64,000 bases of DNA, from assembly GCA_048270185.1 (NCBI GenBank), contig JBLWTJ010000001.1, positions 1,280,001-1,344,000 of the forward strand, given 5' to 3'. Below the pieces are notes generated by a model. It worked only from the letters and a program-made list of their open reading frames with translations, did not search any database and was not told the DNA's origin. This DNA comes from Bacteriovoracaceae bacterium. Lineage in GTDB: Bacteria > Bdellovibrionota > Bacteriovoracia > Bacteriovoracales > Bacteriovoracaceae. This document shows positions 39,183 to 49,173 of this stretch, piece by piece. Numbering within the stretch: position 1 is the stretch's first letter; every line of letters starts with the position of its first letter. Position numbers and translations under genes: made by a program.

Positions 39183-40605
39183 CTCCCTCATCTTTTAAAA
39201 GTTTGTACGCACCATCTGAACAAAAGCAATTTGGTGTGTAGCTCATTGTATTTGAAAGCTTTGAAATAATTGAGTTCTCAACATCGGCCAGTAATTTTAC
39301 TTGTCCGTCATCAAGACGAATTTTCACAGGATCTCTCTCAAGTAGAAGATTCGTGAGATTTGTTTTCTTAGCAAGTTCTCTCGGGCTCTTAACAAAGATA
39401 ATCTTCTTCTTTGGAATATCAGGGATAACCCAGTCGGCATTACTTCCCTTCTCTTTCACAAAGTTCACAATATCAGTTGCCTTATTTGTCGTCTTCTTAA
39501 ATAGCTTTTCATTGAAGCCAACATTATCTTGCTCAAGAAGTGATTGTGAGAAGTCACTCGTATCAACATTCTTAGCACCATGACGAAGAAGAAGGATACG
39601 GGCCATATCTTTAATGTCTGGATACTTATCAAACCCTCCATCAACAAGTAGCTTATGAATTGTATTCATAAAGTATGAATCATTGAATCCGTAGAATCTC
39701 ATTGGATCATTACTGATGATATCTAAAAGTTCACTATAGCGATAAATATGTCCCTTCTCTAGCATGTGATAGCAAAGAGCATCGGCAATTGCATCATACT
39801 TAGAACCTCGTGGTGAGCGAATAACTTGCGAGTACCAAGCAAAGCGTGCACTTAAGAAATCCTCCACACAGTGAAGAGCATTTTCTTTAATGGCCAAAAT
39901 ATCGTGGCCAGCTACCTTCTCTGTTGTGAAGTGGTGAAGTAAGTATTCTCTATCGTAAGTTCCATACTTAAGACCAGTATAGTGTGCATCTCTTAAGAGA
40001 TAGTCCATACGGTCACAATCAATCTCAGAGTGAAGAATTTGATTGGCAAGAATTGATGAGTGCGTACCTTTAACTAGATCAGAAATTTCTTGTGGATCAA
40101 TTCCGTGATCCTTAAGAATGCGAGTAAGGCCTCCTTCATAATCTGTATTCTTGATGATGAATGAGCCTAGGTTTTCGTGATCATCTTGAAGACCTTTTCC
40201 ACCTTTCTTATTTGTCGTCTCCCCGATCTTGATATAGGCCATCTCTGTTGTGTGAGAAAAACAAAATGTTCCAATATCGTGAAGAAGAGCTGAGACGCGA
40301 ATGGCCTGATGATACTTGGCCTCTTTCGATTTTTGCTCTTTAATAAATAACTCATGGTCTTCGACACCACGTCCAACTGATCTTAGGATATGGTGGGCAT
40401 TATTTAAAACACCTATTGAGTGGCCATAGCGCGAGTGCTCGGCACCGTGGAAAACGTAGAATGAAAAACCTAATTGTTTAATCCATCTAAGTCTCTGAAA
40501 AAATGGACTGTGAATGATCTCCATCTCAAGTGGAGTTAAGTCAATAAACCCATAAAGTGGATCGTAGACTTTTAGACCTAATTTAGCGTTTGAGACAACT
40601 TCCAT
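39175..40605 (-). CDS. HD-domain phosphohydrolase (SAMHD1/dNTPase-like)
   Basis: DPLYG, FQRLRWIKQLG, HSRYGHSIG, LLHDIG, DCDRMDYLLRD. Confidence 0.9.
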   Translation of the reverse strand: MEVVSNAKLGLKVYDPLYGFIDLTPLEMEIIHSPFFQRLRWIKQLGFSFYVFHGAEHSRYGHSIGVLNNAHHILRSVGRGVEDHELFIKEQKSKEAKYHQAIRVSALLHDIGTFCFSHTTEMAYIKIGETTNKKGGKGLQDDHENLGSFIIKNTDYEGGLTRILKDHGIDPQEISDLVKGTHSSILANQILHSEIDCDRMDYLLRDAHYTGLKYGTYDREYLLHHFTTEKVAGHDILAIKENALHCVEDFLSARFAWYSQVIRSPRGSKYDAIADALCYHMLEKGHIYRYSELLDIISNDPMRFYGFNDSYFMNTIHKLLVDGGFDKYPDIKDMARILLLRHGAKNVDTSDFSQSLLEQDNVGFNEKLFKKTTNKATDIVNFVKEKGSNADWVIPDIPKKKIIFVKSPRELAKKTNLTNLLLERDPVKIRLDDGQVKLLADVENSIISKLSNTMSYTPNCFCSDGAYKLLKDEGVI

Positions 40606-40617
40606 GTTGATCCTTTT

Positions 40618-40648
40618 GAAAAAACAAATGCCCGTAAATTACGGGCAT
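40618..40648 (-). terminator. Intrinsic terminator
   Basis: ATGCCCGTAA-T-TTACGGGCAT followed by TTGTTTTTT on minus strand. Confidence 0.75.
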
Positions 40649-40686
40649 CTTATATTTTATAATAAATTTGTTGATAGATACAAGGA

Positions 40687-40860
40687 TTAAGACTTTTTCT
40701 TTCTTCCTCTTTTCTTAACTGGTGTTGTTGCTACTTTAAGAGCCTCAAAAATCTTCTTTGCTTCAGCTCTTAAGTTATTTTCATAGATAAAGCGGTAGAA
40801 ATTCTCTAAATCTGGTGAACTTCTGAAGTTCTTTGGTAGTCTATTGTCTTCTGTTGACAT
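40687..40860 (-). CDS. 57-aa small protein with basic C-terminal tail (absent from ORF track)
   Basis: AGGAG RBS; MSTEDNRLPKNFRSSPDLENFYRFIYENNLRAEAKKIFEALKVATTPVKKRGRKKKS; terminator follows. Confidence 0.8.
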   Translation of the reverse strand: MSTEDNRLPKNFRSSPDLENFYRFIYENNLRAEAKKIFEALKVATTPVKKRGRKKKS

Positions 40861-40938
40861 GTGCTCTCCTTATTAGACTGACATAATAGCTTCAAAATTA
40901 CGCTTTATCAATTCTCTTTAATCTTCTTTAAGTACTGA

Positions 40939-42486
40939 TTAAGCTTCTTTTGCTTCAATCATACCGTAGCTGTGCAGCTTGTTATAAAGAGTCTTTACAG
41001 TAATTCCAAGAACCTTAGCTGTCTTAGTCTTATTACCACCTAGGTGATCAAGAGTTTGGCAGATGTGTTCTTTTTCAATTTCACCTAGCGTCATTTCTCT
41101 GAATACTCTAATTTCTTCTTGAGAATCAGCTACTTCATCTTGCTCAACTTTGATGCTATCAGCAAGGTGATCTCTTTCAACAATCATTCCAGCAGATAGA
41201 ACATAAGCTCTTTCCATGATTGAGTGAAGTTCTCTTACGTTTCCTGGCCAGTTGTAATCTTCAAGAAGTTTAACAACACCTGGAGACATTGACTTTTGAG
41301 CTTCTGGTAACTTTCCTAGGTTTAGGAAGTAGTTAGCAAGAATTTCAATATCAGACTTTCTCTCTCTTAGTGAAGGAACTCTTAGTCCAATTGTTGATAG
41401 GTTGTAGAATAGGTCTTCTCTAAAAGTACCCATTGCTACGTTTTCTTTCATATTCTGTGATGCTGCACAGATAATTCTTACGTTTGATCTTAGTTTTTCA
41501 TGAGTACCAACTCTTGAGTATGATTGCTCATTGATGAATGCCATAAGTCTTGCTTGTACTTTGATTGGCATTTTTTCAATATTGTTGATGAAGATTGTTC
41601 CACCGTTAGCTGCTTCAAGAGCACCTTTCTTAACTCTGAAACCTCTTGCTGCATCAACTTCTTCTTTACCAAAGATTTCTGCTTCTAAGTAGTCATCGTT
41701 ACCCATTGAACAGTCAACAACGATAAAAGCGTGGTTCTTTCTTTCAGAACGGCAGTGAATTCTTCTTGCTACCATTTCTTTACCAACACCAGTCTCACCT
41801 GCTACGAAAGTGTTAACATCAGAAGCTGAAACACGGTCAACAGCGATTAGAAGCTCTTGCATAATTTCAGATTTACCAATGATTTCTTTCTCTTGAGTCG
41901 TTGAACGAGATAGAGATACACCTGGTACTGAGTTCTTAAGTTCAATTTCTTTTTCTTCAATCTTCTGCTTTAGTGATTCGTTAAGGAATTTAGCAGATAG
42001 ATACATTTTCATATTCTTAAGTGGCTTTTGAAGTCCGTTTAGTCCTTCAAGTACACTGTTGATATCTTCTTTCTTAAAGTTGATTTCTTCGTTATTACCT
42101 TTAAAAGAGATTGTTCCGATAATAACACCGTCGATAATCATTGGAACACATAGCTCAGAGTGTGACTCTTCAGTCTTAGTCGTTGCAAATAATGGATCTC
42201 TTTGTACGTTGTTTGAGAAGTAAGCTCTCTTTGTCTTAATAACATGACCAACAGATCCTAGTCCTTTTGAAATTCTCTTAGCGTTCTTAACCGCTTTTGA
42301 ATTCTTAGCTACTAGGCGACAGCTTCCGTCTTCGTGTGCAAGATTGATTAGGATCTCATCACAAATAATCTCAGATCTAAAGAATTTTGATAGCTCACTG
42401 AAGAAAATCTCTTCGTCTAAAGTTGTAAGAAGAGTAGACAGTAGGTTTTCAATTTTTGTTGATTCTTTTTTCATTTCGATTGTCAT
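40939..42486 (-). CDS. GAF-AAA+-Fis HTH transcriptional regulator (NtrC family, non-canonical)
   Basis: GAF (SELCVPM), GETGVGKE, FREDLFY, WPGNVREL, GNKTKTAKVLGITVKTLYNKL. Confidence 0.92.
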   Translation of the reverse strand: MTIEMKKESTKIENLLSTLLTTLDEEIFFSELSKFFRSEIICDEILINLAHEDGSCRLVAKNSKAVKNAKRISKGLGSVGHVIKTKRAYFSNNVQRDPLFATTKTEESHSELCVPMIIDGVIIGTISFKGNNEEINFKKEDINSVLEGLNGLQKPLKNMKMYLSAKFLNESLKQKIEEKEIELKNSVPGVSLSRSTTQEKEIIGKSEIMQELLIAVDRVSASDVNTFVAGETGVGKEMVARRIHCRSERKNHAFIVVDCSMGNDDYLEAEIFGKEEVDAARGFRVKKGALEAANGGTIFINNIEKMPIKVQARLMAFINEQSYSRVGTHEKLRSNVRIICAASQNMKENVAMGTFREDLFYNLSTIGLRVPSLRERKSDIEILANYFLNLGKLPEAQKSMSPGVVKLLEDYNWPGNVRELHSIMERAYVLSAGMIVERDHLADSIKVEQDEVADSQEEIRVFREMTLGEIEKEHICQTLDHLGGNKTKTAKVLGITVKTLYNKLHSYGMIEAKEA

Positions 42487-42616
42487 GTAAGAACTCCTGT
42501 ATATTTTTTACCGTGTGTTATGCGAAGCGTTAAACTAAATTCATAATACAGCGCGTCTGAATTTTTTACAAGACTAAAATACTCAGGTGTTCAAAAAAAA
42601 TGTATGTTTTCCGTAA

Positions 42617-43948
42617 TTACAGTGACTTAAGCCATCTAGCACTTGTACACTTTCCGAAATTTCCGGTCAGTGGACCCAGGATTTTGCCCCAAGTGTCCAT
42701 AATATAGACATTTTGAGTGGCCTTCGATTGTGAAAGAACCCTCAAACTTGTAAAAATAATGAACTGTCCATCTTTTGAGTACTCAGGATCCTCATTTGAG
42801 CCGAAATCCATCGTCAAACGGTGCAGATTCTGGCCATCGGCCCCAACCTTAATGATATCGAAGCGATTATCAATCCAGCTCGAAAAGACGATTTCAGAGG
42901 CATTTGGGTGAAATCTTGGAGTTGCATTAAATTTACCAATAAAAGAGATACGCTTAACGTCCTTTTCAAGCCCAGTTGGATCCATTGTATAGATCATCGG
43001 CTTGCCTGGCCTTCCCGATAGGAAGGTAAGGATCGATCCGTCGGCGCTTAGTGATGGATCTACATCTGGTGCAAAGCTTTGAGTAAGACGTGTAAGAGCA
43101 CGTGTCTTAAGATTCATGCGATAAAGCTCAGCATTACCTTGGTGTGAAAGAGTTAGAATAATCTCTTCCCCATTATTTGTGAAAATCGCACCAGAGTTTA
43201 ATCCTTTGCGATTTGAAATAACCGTCGATTTCTTTGTCGCTACATCATAGAGCATAAGATTGACGTTCTTTACTGCTCCCTGCTTTGATTCATCAATAAG
43301 GCTGTAAACGATTTTACTTCCATCATGTGAAACGGCCGGAGAAATAACAACACCGTTATGCCAAGTTAATCTCTTTGGATTAGCTCCATCAAAGTCCATC
43401 ATAAAGAGTTCTTTCTTACCATCTGGTAGCTTGTGATCAGAAACGAAGACAATCTTGTCTTTAAAGATCGAAACCTTTCCAACAATGGCCTTATAGATCG
43501 CATCTGAAATAGCGTGAATACTATCGCGATCCTTAGGATCATAATCAACACTTGCACTAAGAAGCTGAGTTTCACCGGCAATATTCCATAAACGGTACTC
43601 AAGCTTCATATCTTTCTCACTACGATTCACTCTAAATCGCACAAGGTAATTCGTTTCCTTTGTTTTGTAATTTGCAAAACGAACATTATCAAAAGAAGTC
43701 TGTGAAATTCTTCTTGGTAAGACATTGAAGTAGTCTTGATAGAATTTAAAATCATTTCTTACGATATTAATATAATTTTCTGCAGCTTCTAATTCGTTAG
43801 GAGTAAAGGCCCCTTCAGAAAAGACTTTCTCAATTAATAAAGACTCTTTAACAACTTCAGCATCCCCAACGGAAACAACAGTTAATCCCGAATCAGTAGA
43901 TTGTGCAAAAATGTTTAATGTCATAAATATAGCTATTATGTACTTCAT
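42617..43948 (-). CDS. tolB: Tol-Pal beta-propeller protein
   Basis: Signal peptide; KIVFVS..ELFMMDFDGAN, PD40 repeats; tolQRA context. Confidence 0.9.
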   Translation of the reverse strand: MKYIIAIFMTLNIFAQSTDSGLTVVSVGDAEVVKESLLIEKVFSEGAFTPNELEAAENYINIVRNDFKFYQDYFNVLPRRISQTSFDNVRFANYKTKETNYLVRFRVNRSEKDMKLEYRLWNIAGETQLLSASVDYDPKDRDSIHAISDAIYKAIVGKVSIFKDKIVFVSDHKLPDGKKELFMMDFDGANPKRLTWHNGVVISPAVSHDGSKIVYSLIDESKQGAVKNVNLMLYDVATKKSTVISNRKGLNSGAIFTNNGEEIILTLSHQGNAELYRMNLKTRALTRLTQSFAPDVDPSLSADGSILTFLSGRPGKPMIYTMDPTGLEKDVKRISFIGKFNATPRFHPNASEIVFSSWIDNRFDIIKVGADGQNLHRLTMDFGSNEDPEYSKDGQFIIFTSLRVLSQSKATQNVYIMDTWGKILGPLTGNFGKCTSARWLKSL

Positions 43949-43956
43949 GATTCCTC

Positions 43957-44739
43957 CTATATAGGAAAGGCCAGAACAATCTCTCCGGCAACTAACCTAT
44001 TGGCGATTTCTTTATTTGGACGAGGGAAGCGACTCACGGCCTTAATTGAAGAAAGAGCCTTAGCATCGTATTCTTCATTCCCACTCTTCTTTATAATTTT
44101 ATAATCTAACAATTTCCCATCAGCGCTCAAAAATATCTGTACGTGACATGATAATTCTAAGCTTGCGAGATAGGCCGGTAGCTTCCAATTCTTACGAACG
44201 GCCTCCATCACAGAAATAACATACTTATCAAAAGCATCCCGTGCAGCTTCACTAGAAGTTCCTGTATATGAAGTCCCATCACTTAACTTATTCCCGGCCG
44301 CAATAATTCCACTGTAGTCAGTATTATCTTCAACATCTTTCTTTTGGGCTTTTTTCGTAGGCCTTGGCTTATTATCAATCTTCACATCGCGTTTTGCATA
44401 TTTTGAAAGCATATCTGCAAGTGACTTTTGCTTCTTTTCTTTATTAAGTATTACCTTGTCACTACCACCGGTGTCCTTTACTTCTTCTTTAACTTTAGGT
44501 GCCGGTTTTTGTGATGTTCCAGGTGTTAGTTTCTTTAATTGCTGATACGTCATCTTAGGCATCGCTAGAACATCAACCTTGATGGCCTTACCAATAACAC
44601 GTACCTTAGAAACTTCGGGTTTATTATCTTCCCCAAATGGAAGACCAAATTTCATAACAGAAAATGCATACAAAGCACCCACTAATAAAACGTGGATTGC
44701 AAAAGAGTATGTAATGTATTTATTAAAATTATTTTCGAT
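43957..44739 (-). CDS. tolA: TolA/TonB-family energy transducer (start extended to putative ATC)
   Basis: C-terminal VRKNWKLP...KSGNEEYD; SFAIH TM motif is in frame upstream of the first GTG. Confidence 0.78.
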   Translation of the reverse strand: MENNFNKYITYSFAIHVLLVGALYAFSVMKFGLPFGEDNKPEVSKVRVIGKAIKVDVLAMPKMTYQQLKKLTPGTSQKPAPKVKEEVKDTGGSDKVILNKEKKQKSLADMLSKYAKRDVKIDNKPRPTKKAQKKDVEDNTDYSGIIAAGNKLSDGTSYTGTSSEAARDAFDKYVISVMEAVRKNWKLPAYLASLELSCHVQIFLSADGKLLDYKIIKKSGNEEYDAKALSSIKAVSRFPRPNKEIANRLVAGEIVLAFPI

Positions 44740-44740
44740 A

Positions 44741-45157
44741 CTACTTATCCTCTAATTCCGTAACGAGTGCAATTTCATTAATATTATTCGACTTTAAAAA
44801 AGACATAAGCTTTGCCACCTTCCCATACTCGAGTTGATAGTCAGCTCTTAAGAAGAGAGTCTGAGATTTCGTTTCTTTAAAGCGATCCGTAAGAACACCA
44901 ACAAGCTCACTTAAAAGAATCTTATCCTTTCCTACAAAGTACTCTTCTGAATTCGTATAGCTTAGAATGACTTGAGATGAGCTCAAATTCATGACATTGA
45001 CCTCTCTCGTCTTTGGTAGGGTCAGCTCTATTCCATTAAGCATTAAGGGTGCCGTTATCATAAAGATAACGAGCAGTACGAGCATAACATCAACTAAGGG
45101 CGTAACATTGATTTCTGATACTGGCCCGTCACCGTTTCCACCTGTATTCATTCCCAT
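44741..45157 (-). CDS. tolR: TolR/ExbD
   Basis: [31 protein letters not shown]. Confidence 0.93.
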   Translation of the reverse strand: MGMNTGGNGDGPVSEINVTPLVDVMLVLLVIFMITAPLMLNGIELTLPKTREVNVMNLSSSQVILSYTNSEEYFVGKDKILLSELVGVLTDRFKETKSQTLFLRADYQLEYGKVAKLMSFLKSNNINEIALVTELEDK

Positions 45158-45178
45158 CTTTGACTCCTCTTAGCCAGA

Positions 45179-45877
45179 TTAAGATTTTGAAGAAATATAG
45201 CGCTCAACTTCATTAATAAATTGATTACTAAAGATATGAAGTTGTTCTCTTAGCTTATTTCTTCTTTGACCAAATTTATTGTAATACCAAGTTGCAGGAA
45301 TCGCGGCCACAAGTCCCACGGCAGTGGCAACAAGAGCTTCTGCAATACCAGGAGCAACAGTTTCAAGAGTTGCTCCTCCACTTGCAAGACCAGAGAATGA
45401 ATCAATAATTCCCCATACAGTCCCAAAGAGACCAACAAATGGCGTAATTGATCCAATTGAAGCAAGAGTTGTAAGGGAGTTACTCATCACCTGATCAACT
45501 TCTGTTGCCTCATTAACAAGTGCACGCTCCATTGACTGGTTAGCAATTGAAGAATAGTGTTCCTTAATTGCTGTATAATTTTCCCCAAGTGCGATTTCTG
45601 TCTTCTTAAGTTCTTTGTATCCACAAAGAAAGACTCTCTTAAGGGGACTGTCTTCAATTGTTTGAGCATCATGATAGGCCTCTTCAAGACTCGTGACTCC
45701 ACTAAAGAAGTGCTTAAAGTCAGCATTGGCTTTTTCCGCCTTATTAAAGAGTGATCTCTTTTGAAAGATGATTGTCCAACTCAGGACAGAGGCTGCAATA
45801 AGTAGAAGTAAGTCGAGCTTTACGACGATACTTGACTCTAAAAGGATTTGAAATATATCTAAGTTGTGACCTTGCAC
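45179..45877 (-). CDS. tolQ: TolQ/ExbB proton channel
   Basis: TPFVGLFGTVWGI, VAPGIAEALVATA; GTG 45877 overlapping upstream TAG, AAGGAG RBS. Confidence 0.93.
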   Translation of the reverse strand: MQGHNLDIFQILLESSIVVKLDLLLLIAASVLSWTIIFQKRSLFNKAEKANADFKHFFSGVTSLEEAYHDAQTIEDSPLKRVFLCGYKELKKTEIALGENYTAIKEHYSSIANQSMERALVNEATEVDQVMSNSLTTLASIGSITPFVGLFGTVWGIIDSFSGLASGGATLETVAPGIAEALVATAVGLVAAIPATWYYNKFGQRRNKLREQLHIFSNQFINEVERYISSKS

Positions 45878-46677
45878 TACACTTCTCCTTGCTTTCTTAA
45901 AATATATGAATAAGCGATTGTTACGATTAATAGACTCGAAGCAGGGATTAAAAGATTCCCTAGTTTCGAGAAGAAAATTGCATAATAAGTTCCCCAAAGT
46001 GGATCATGCCCCAAGAAGGCAAACAGAGGAACAAAGACAATTGAAACAAATATAAGTCCCTTAAGGACTGAGTAATTAAATAAGTAGAGGTGAATATAGG
46101 CAATGAAGAATAGAATAAGGTGTCCTAATTCTAGACTCGAATTGCGAGGAAATAAAACCACAAGTGATAAGTAGAGCATCAGCCCTTCCACCAATATATG
46201 AAGATACTTCCCTACTCGGCGATTCCTAATAAAGATCTTTGCATTTAAAAACTCAAAGAAGAAGAAAGCAAAGATTAAAATATTATGAACAATCAATTGA
46301 AAGAAGCTAAATTGAACATTCTCCATATGCGTTGGCTTACTAAAGAAGATTATTACTAAAAGAGACGCAAAAGAAATTAGATACGTTGGAAAATTAACAT
46401 TATTGTACCAATCAAAAGAGAGCTGGCTCTTGATATCTTTAAAGCGCATATCAGAAAAGAAGTAAGTCGTGGCCAAGTACCCTAAGATTCTGGCAGTCAC
46501 AAGAACTTGCCATGAAAAATCATAGAGCCAATTTTCGACGATAATAAGCTTATGACCAAGTCTGAAATGAAAGAATGTAATAATCGAGACGAGGATAAAA
46601 TAGATAATCCAATAAATGATTATTGAAGTCGCATACTTGGCCGCGTAAATAGATTTTTCTTTGGCATATAACTTCAT
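45877..46677 (-). CDS. Hypothetical polytopic membrane protein
   Basis: About 8 hydrophobic segments; translationally coupled to tolQ. Confidence 0.75.
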   Translation of the reverse strand: MKLYAKEKSIYAAKYATSIIIYWIIYFILVSIITFFHFRLGHKLIIVENWLYDFSWQVLVTARILGYLATTYFFSDMRFKDIKSQLSFDWYNNVNFPTYLISFASLLVIIFFSKPTHMENVQFSFFQLIVHNILIFAFFFFEFLNAKIFIRNRRVGKYLHILVEGLMLYLSLVVLFPRNSSLELGHLILFFIAYIHLYLFNYSVLKGLIFVSIVFVPLFAFLGHDPLWGTYYAIFFSKLGNLLIPASSLLIVTIAYSYILRKQGEV

Positions 46678-46678
46678 A

Positions 46679-47539
46679 TTAATTCGCAGTCGGGTCTATC
46701 CACTTTAGTTGTAATTCAGGAGCTGGATAAATCTTTGCATAATTCTTATAAAGAAGATTCCCCTTTGTAAGAGAATCAATCTTTTCTAATAAGTGATAAT
46801 AATTTTTCCAATACTTTGGATTATTCTTTAAGATGACATCCATTTTCTTTGTAATCTTAAATTGATCCTTAAAAGAGAATCCTGAATTAAAGATAATGTC
46901 ACTATAACGAGCTAAGACTTTGGCAAATTCCTCTTTTGGAAATTGTTTTTTATAGAAATTTGTATTCATAAGTCTTAATAAAGTAGCATCATCAAATTTA
47001 TTAATAAATTGGTTATCTTTAAGTCTTAGTAAGTCTTCAAACATCACAAGAGATATTTGAAGTTTTGATAGATCCATTGCTCGCACAAAAGGAACACTTA
47101 CAACAAATAGGTAGTGGTTTTCAGAAAGAGGCAGTCCAAAGTGAGTCATATTGGCCGAGTTGATATAGAGAATATCAAATTTCACACCAAAGTAGCCTAC
47201 CTCAGCAAGAAACTTTGAAAAGTACTCTTTAATACCAAAGTCTGGTTTATGAAAGTCCCACTTAAGGAGATCAACATTCTTAACAAGCCAATACTGAGTG
47301 ACGATATGCCAGAAGTCACGCCCTGCAGGAGTATTGTAGAAAGCCTTCTTCGTGGCCTCCACATCAACTTTCTTTGCGGCCATCTTCTTTTGCTTTTCTT
47401 TGGCCGCCTTCTCAAGTCCATCCTTCTTTAAGACCTTTTGGATCTTATTGAAGTTCACAAATTCATTTTCAACAGGAGTTGAATCCTGTGCAAAGGCTAA
47501 ACTAGAAAATAATAAAGATGAGATTAGTAACTTCTTCAT
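46679..47539 (-). CDS. Exported protein, possible degenerate M48 peptidase fold
   Basis: Signal peptide; THFGLP..YLFVVSVPFV..QISLVMFE pattern lacking HEXXH. Confidence 0.6.
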   Translation of the reverse strand: MKKLLISSLLFSSLAFAQDSTPVENEFVNFNKIQKVLKKDGLEKAAKEKQKKMAAKKVDVEATKKAFYNTPAGRDFWHIVTQYWLVKNVDLLKWDFHKPDFGIKEYFSKFLAEVGYFGVKFDILYINSANMTHFGLPLSENHYLFVVSVPFVRAMDLSKLQISLVMFEDLLRLKDNQFINKFDDATLLRLMNTNFYKKQFPKEEFAKVLARYSDIIFNSGFSFKDQFKITKKMDVILKNNPKYWKNYYHLLEKIDSLTKGNLLYKNYAKIYPAPELQLKWIDPTAN

Positions 47540-47937
47540 TAGCGACTCTCCCCTTTAATTAGGAGATCTTGTAAGCGGCCCCAGTAATGAATCTCTGTCA
47601 CACCAATATCGATATGATCAAAGAAACGGCGATACATATCTTGCCAACATTCAGTTGGCTTATTCTTTCCAAGTACATTTGTACTCATAAAACCTTTGTA
47701 ATTTGAATACTCGACTTGATAAAACTCAGAAATTGGAGAACTTAGAACATAGAAAGGTTGTCCACACTCAAATGTTGATAATACTCTAGAGAACTTCGAA
47801 GGATTTTGATGAAGTTGTGAGTAAACGGTTTGAATGTAGTAGATCGTTTTCTTAGGTGTATCTTTGGACGTGGCAGGCTTCTTAGCCTGAGCAAAGACAC
47901 TTGATAATAAAAGAAAAACGACAATAAGCTTTTTCAT
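47539..47937 (-). CDS. Exported SH3b-like domain protein
   Basis: Signal peptide; LHQNPSKFSRVL...GQPFYVL...FYQVEY..YKGFM. Confidence 0.7.
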   Translation of the reverse strand: MKKLIVVFLLLSSVFAQAKKPATSKDTPKKTIYYIQTVYSQLHQNPSKFSRVLSTFECGQPFYVLSSPISEFYQVEYSNYKGFMSTNVLGKNKPTECWQDMYRRFFDHIDIGVTEIHYWGRLQDLLIKGESR

Positions 47938-49163
47938 ACTTTCCATCTAAACTGTATTGTTTCCCATTCATGGCATTGCGGGCAACGCCAGAAGATTTCA
48001 TCTGAGTTATACCCACACTCACGACAATAGTGCTTTGTCAGAGTTTGATGCATATTCTCTAATAAGTCTTTCGTTTGTGTAACAGCTTCTTCCTTCTTAC
48101 CTAGCTCAATAAGAATCTTAATATACTCTGATCTTAGAGCATCTGAAGTTGCATGATCTCCCTTACTCCAATTACTAAGTAACTCGTAGGCCTTGTGAAG
48201 ATTATGGTGCTGTTTATAAAGTCTGATCTTAGTTAAAATGATGGACTCATTCTTAAGTAGATCTTCATCATTAAGTTCTAAGAAGTATTCAATAAGAAGG
48301 TTTAGTCTCTTAAAGTACATTTCTTTATCTTCTTCACTCCCCTTAAACCCTTCTTCTAAGGATTCAAAAGCAAATGAAGCATACATTGGCTGCTCTTTTA
48401 ATAGTTCAAGTAGATAGAACTTCGCTTCATCAACATTTCCCTCTTGAATCAGAATTCTAAGTTTTAGAATTTTTGCTGAAACCGAAGGAGCAAAGCGGAA
48501 GCCATCTTCTAAATCTTCGATGGCCTTAGACATCTGTCCATTTTCAAAGTACTTCTTCGCTTTTTGCACAAGGATATGGGAGATTGTCTCAGACTGATTT
48601 TCATGCCCTACCTTTGAAAGCATAATACGGTAATTATAGGCTTGATCCCAATCACCGATATCTTCATAGATACGACATAGAGATTGGATGACATCATATT
48701 CATCGCGGTTAATCTTAAGCACATCTTTATAAGTTTCAATGGCCTTATCAACAAAGCCACCCTTATCAAAGTCAATGGCCAACTCTTTAAGCGCTCGAAT
48801 ACGGTGATTTTCAGAAATCCCCTCTCTTGCAATTAAAGAGCGGTGAATACTAATGGCCTTTTCAATTTCACCATTACTTCTAAAAAGACCACCAAGTGCA
48901 AAGTATGTATCAATCGTTTCACGGTTAATATCCACAGCACTTAGGAATTCCTTAATGGCAAGGTCACGATTCCCTGAGATTAGGTATTGAGTTGCATTTA
49001 GGAACACTTTTGACTGAGCTTCAAAGATCGAGTTGCGATATCTCTTTGATAATTTGACACCCGTGTCCTTCTCACTAAAGTAGTGATAGATTAAAATCAG
49101 AGTAAGGACAAAAGCTACAACTGCGAGTATATGATCCTGTAGCCAGTTTAAGTAAATATGCAT
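47934..49163 (-). CDS. lapB: LPS assembly protein B (TPR + rubredoxin)
   Basis: N-terminal TM, ALGGLFRSNGEIEKAISIH, C-terminal CRECG...WRCPQCHEW. Confidence 0.9.
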   Translation of the reverse strand: MHIYLNWLQDHILAVVAFVLTLILIYHYFSEKDTGVKLSKRYRNSIFEAQSKVFLNATQYLISGNRDLAIKEFLSAVDINRETIDTYFALGGLFRSNGEIEKAISIHRSLIAREGISENHRIRALKELAIDFDKGGFVDKAIETYKDVLKINRDEYDVIQSLCRIYEDIGDWDQAYNYRIMLSKVGHENQSETISHILVQKAKKYFENGQMSKAIEDLEDGFRFAPSVSAKILKLRILIQEGNVDEAKFYLLELLKEQPMYASFAFESLEEGFKGSEEDKEMYFKRLNLLIEYFLELNDEDLLKNESIILTKIRLYKQHHNLHKAYELLSNWSKGDHATSDALRSEYIKILIELGKKEEAVTQTKDLLENMHQTLTKHYCRECGYNSDEIFWRCPQCHEWETIQFRWKV

Positions 49164-49173
49164 TTAACCTCTG

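Noticed and set aside
45878..45997. Extended tolQ N-terminus from the ORF track
   Set aside because: Overlaps the upstream gene; GTG 45877 has an RBS and a coupled stop
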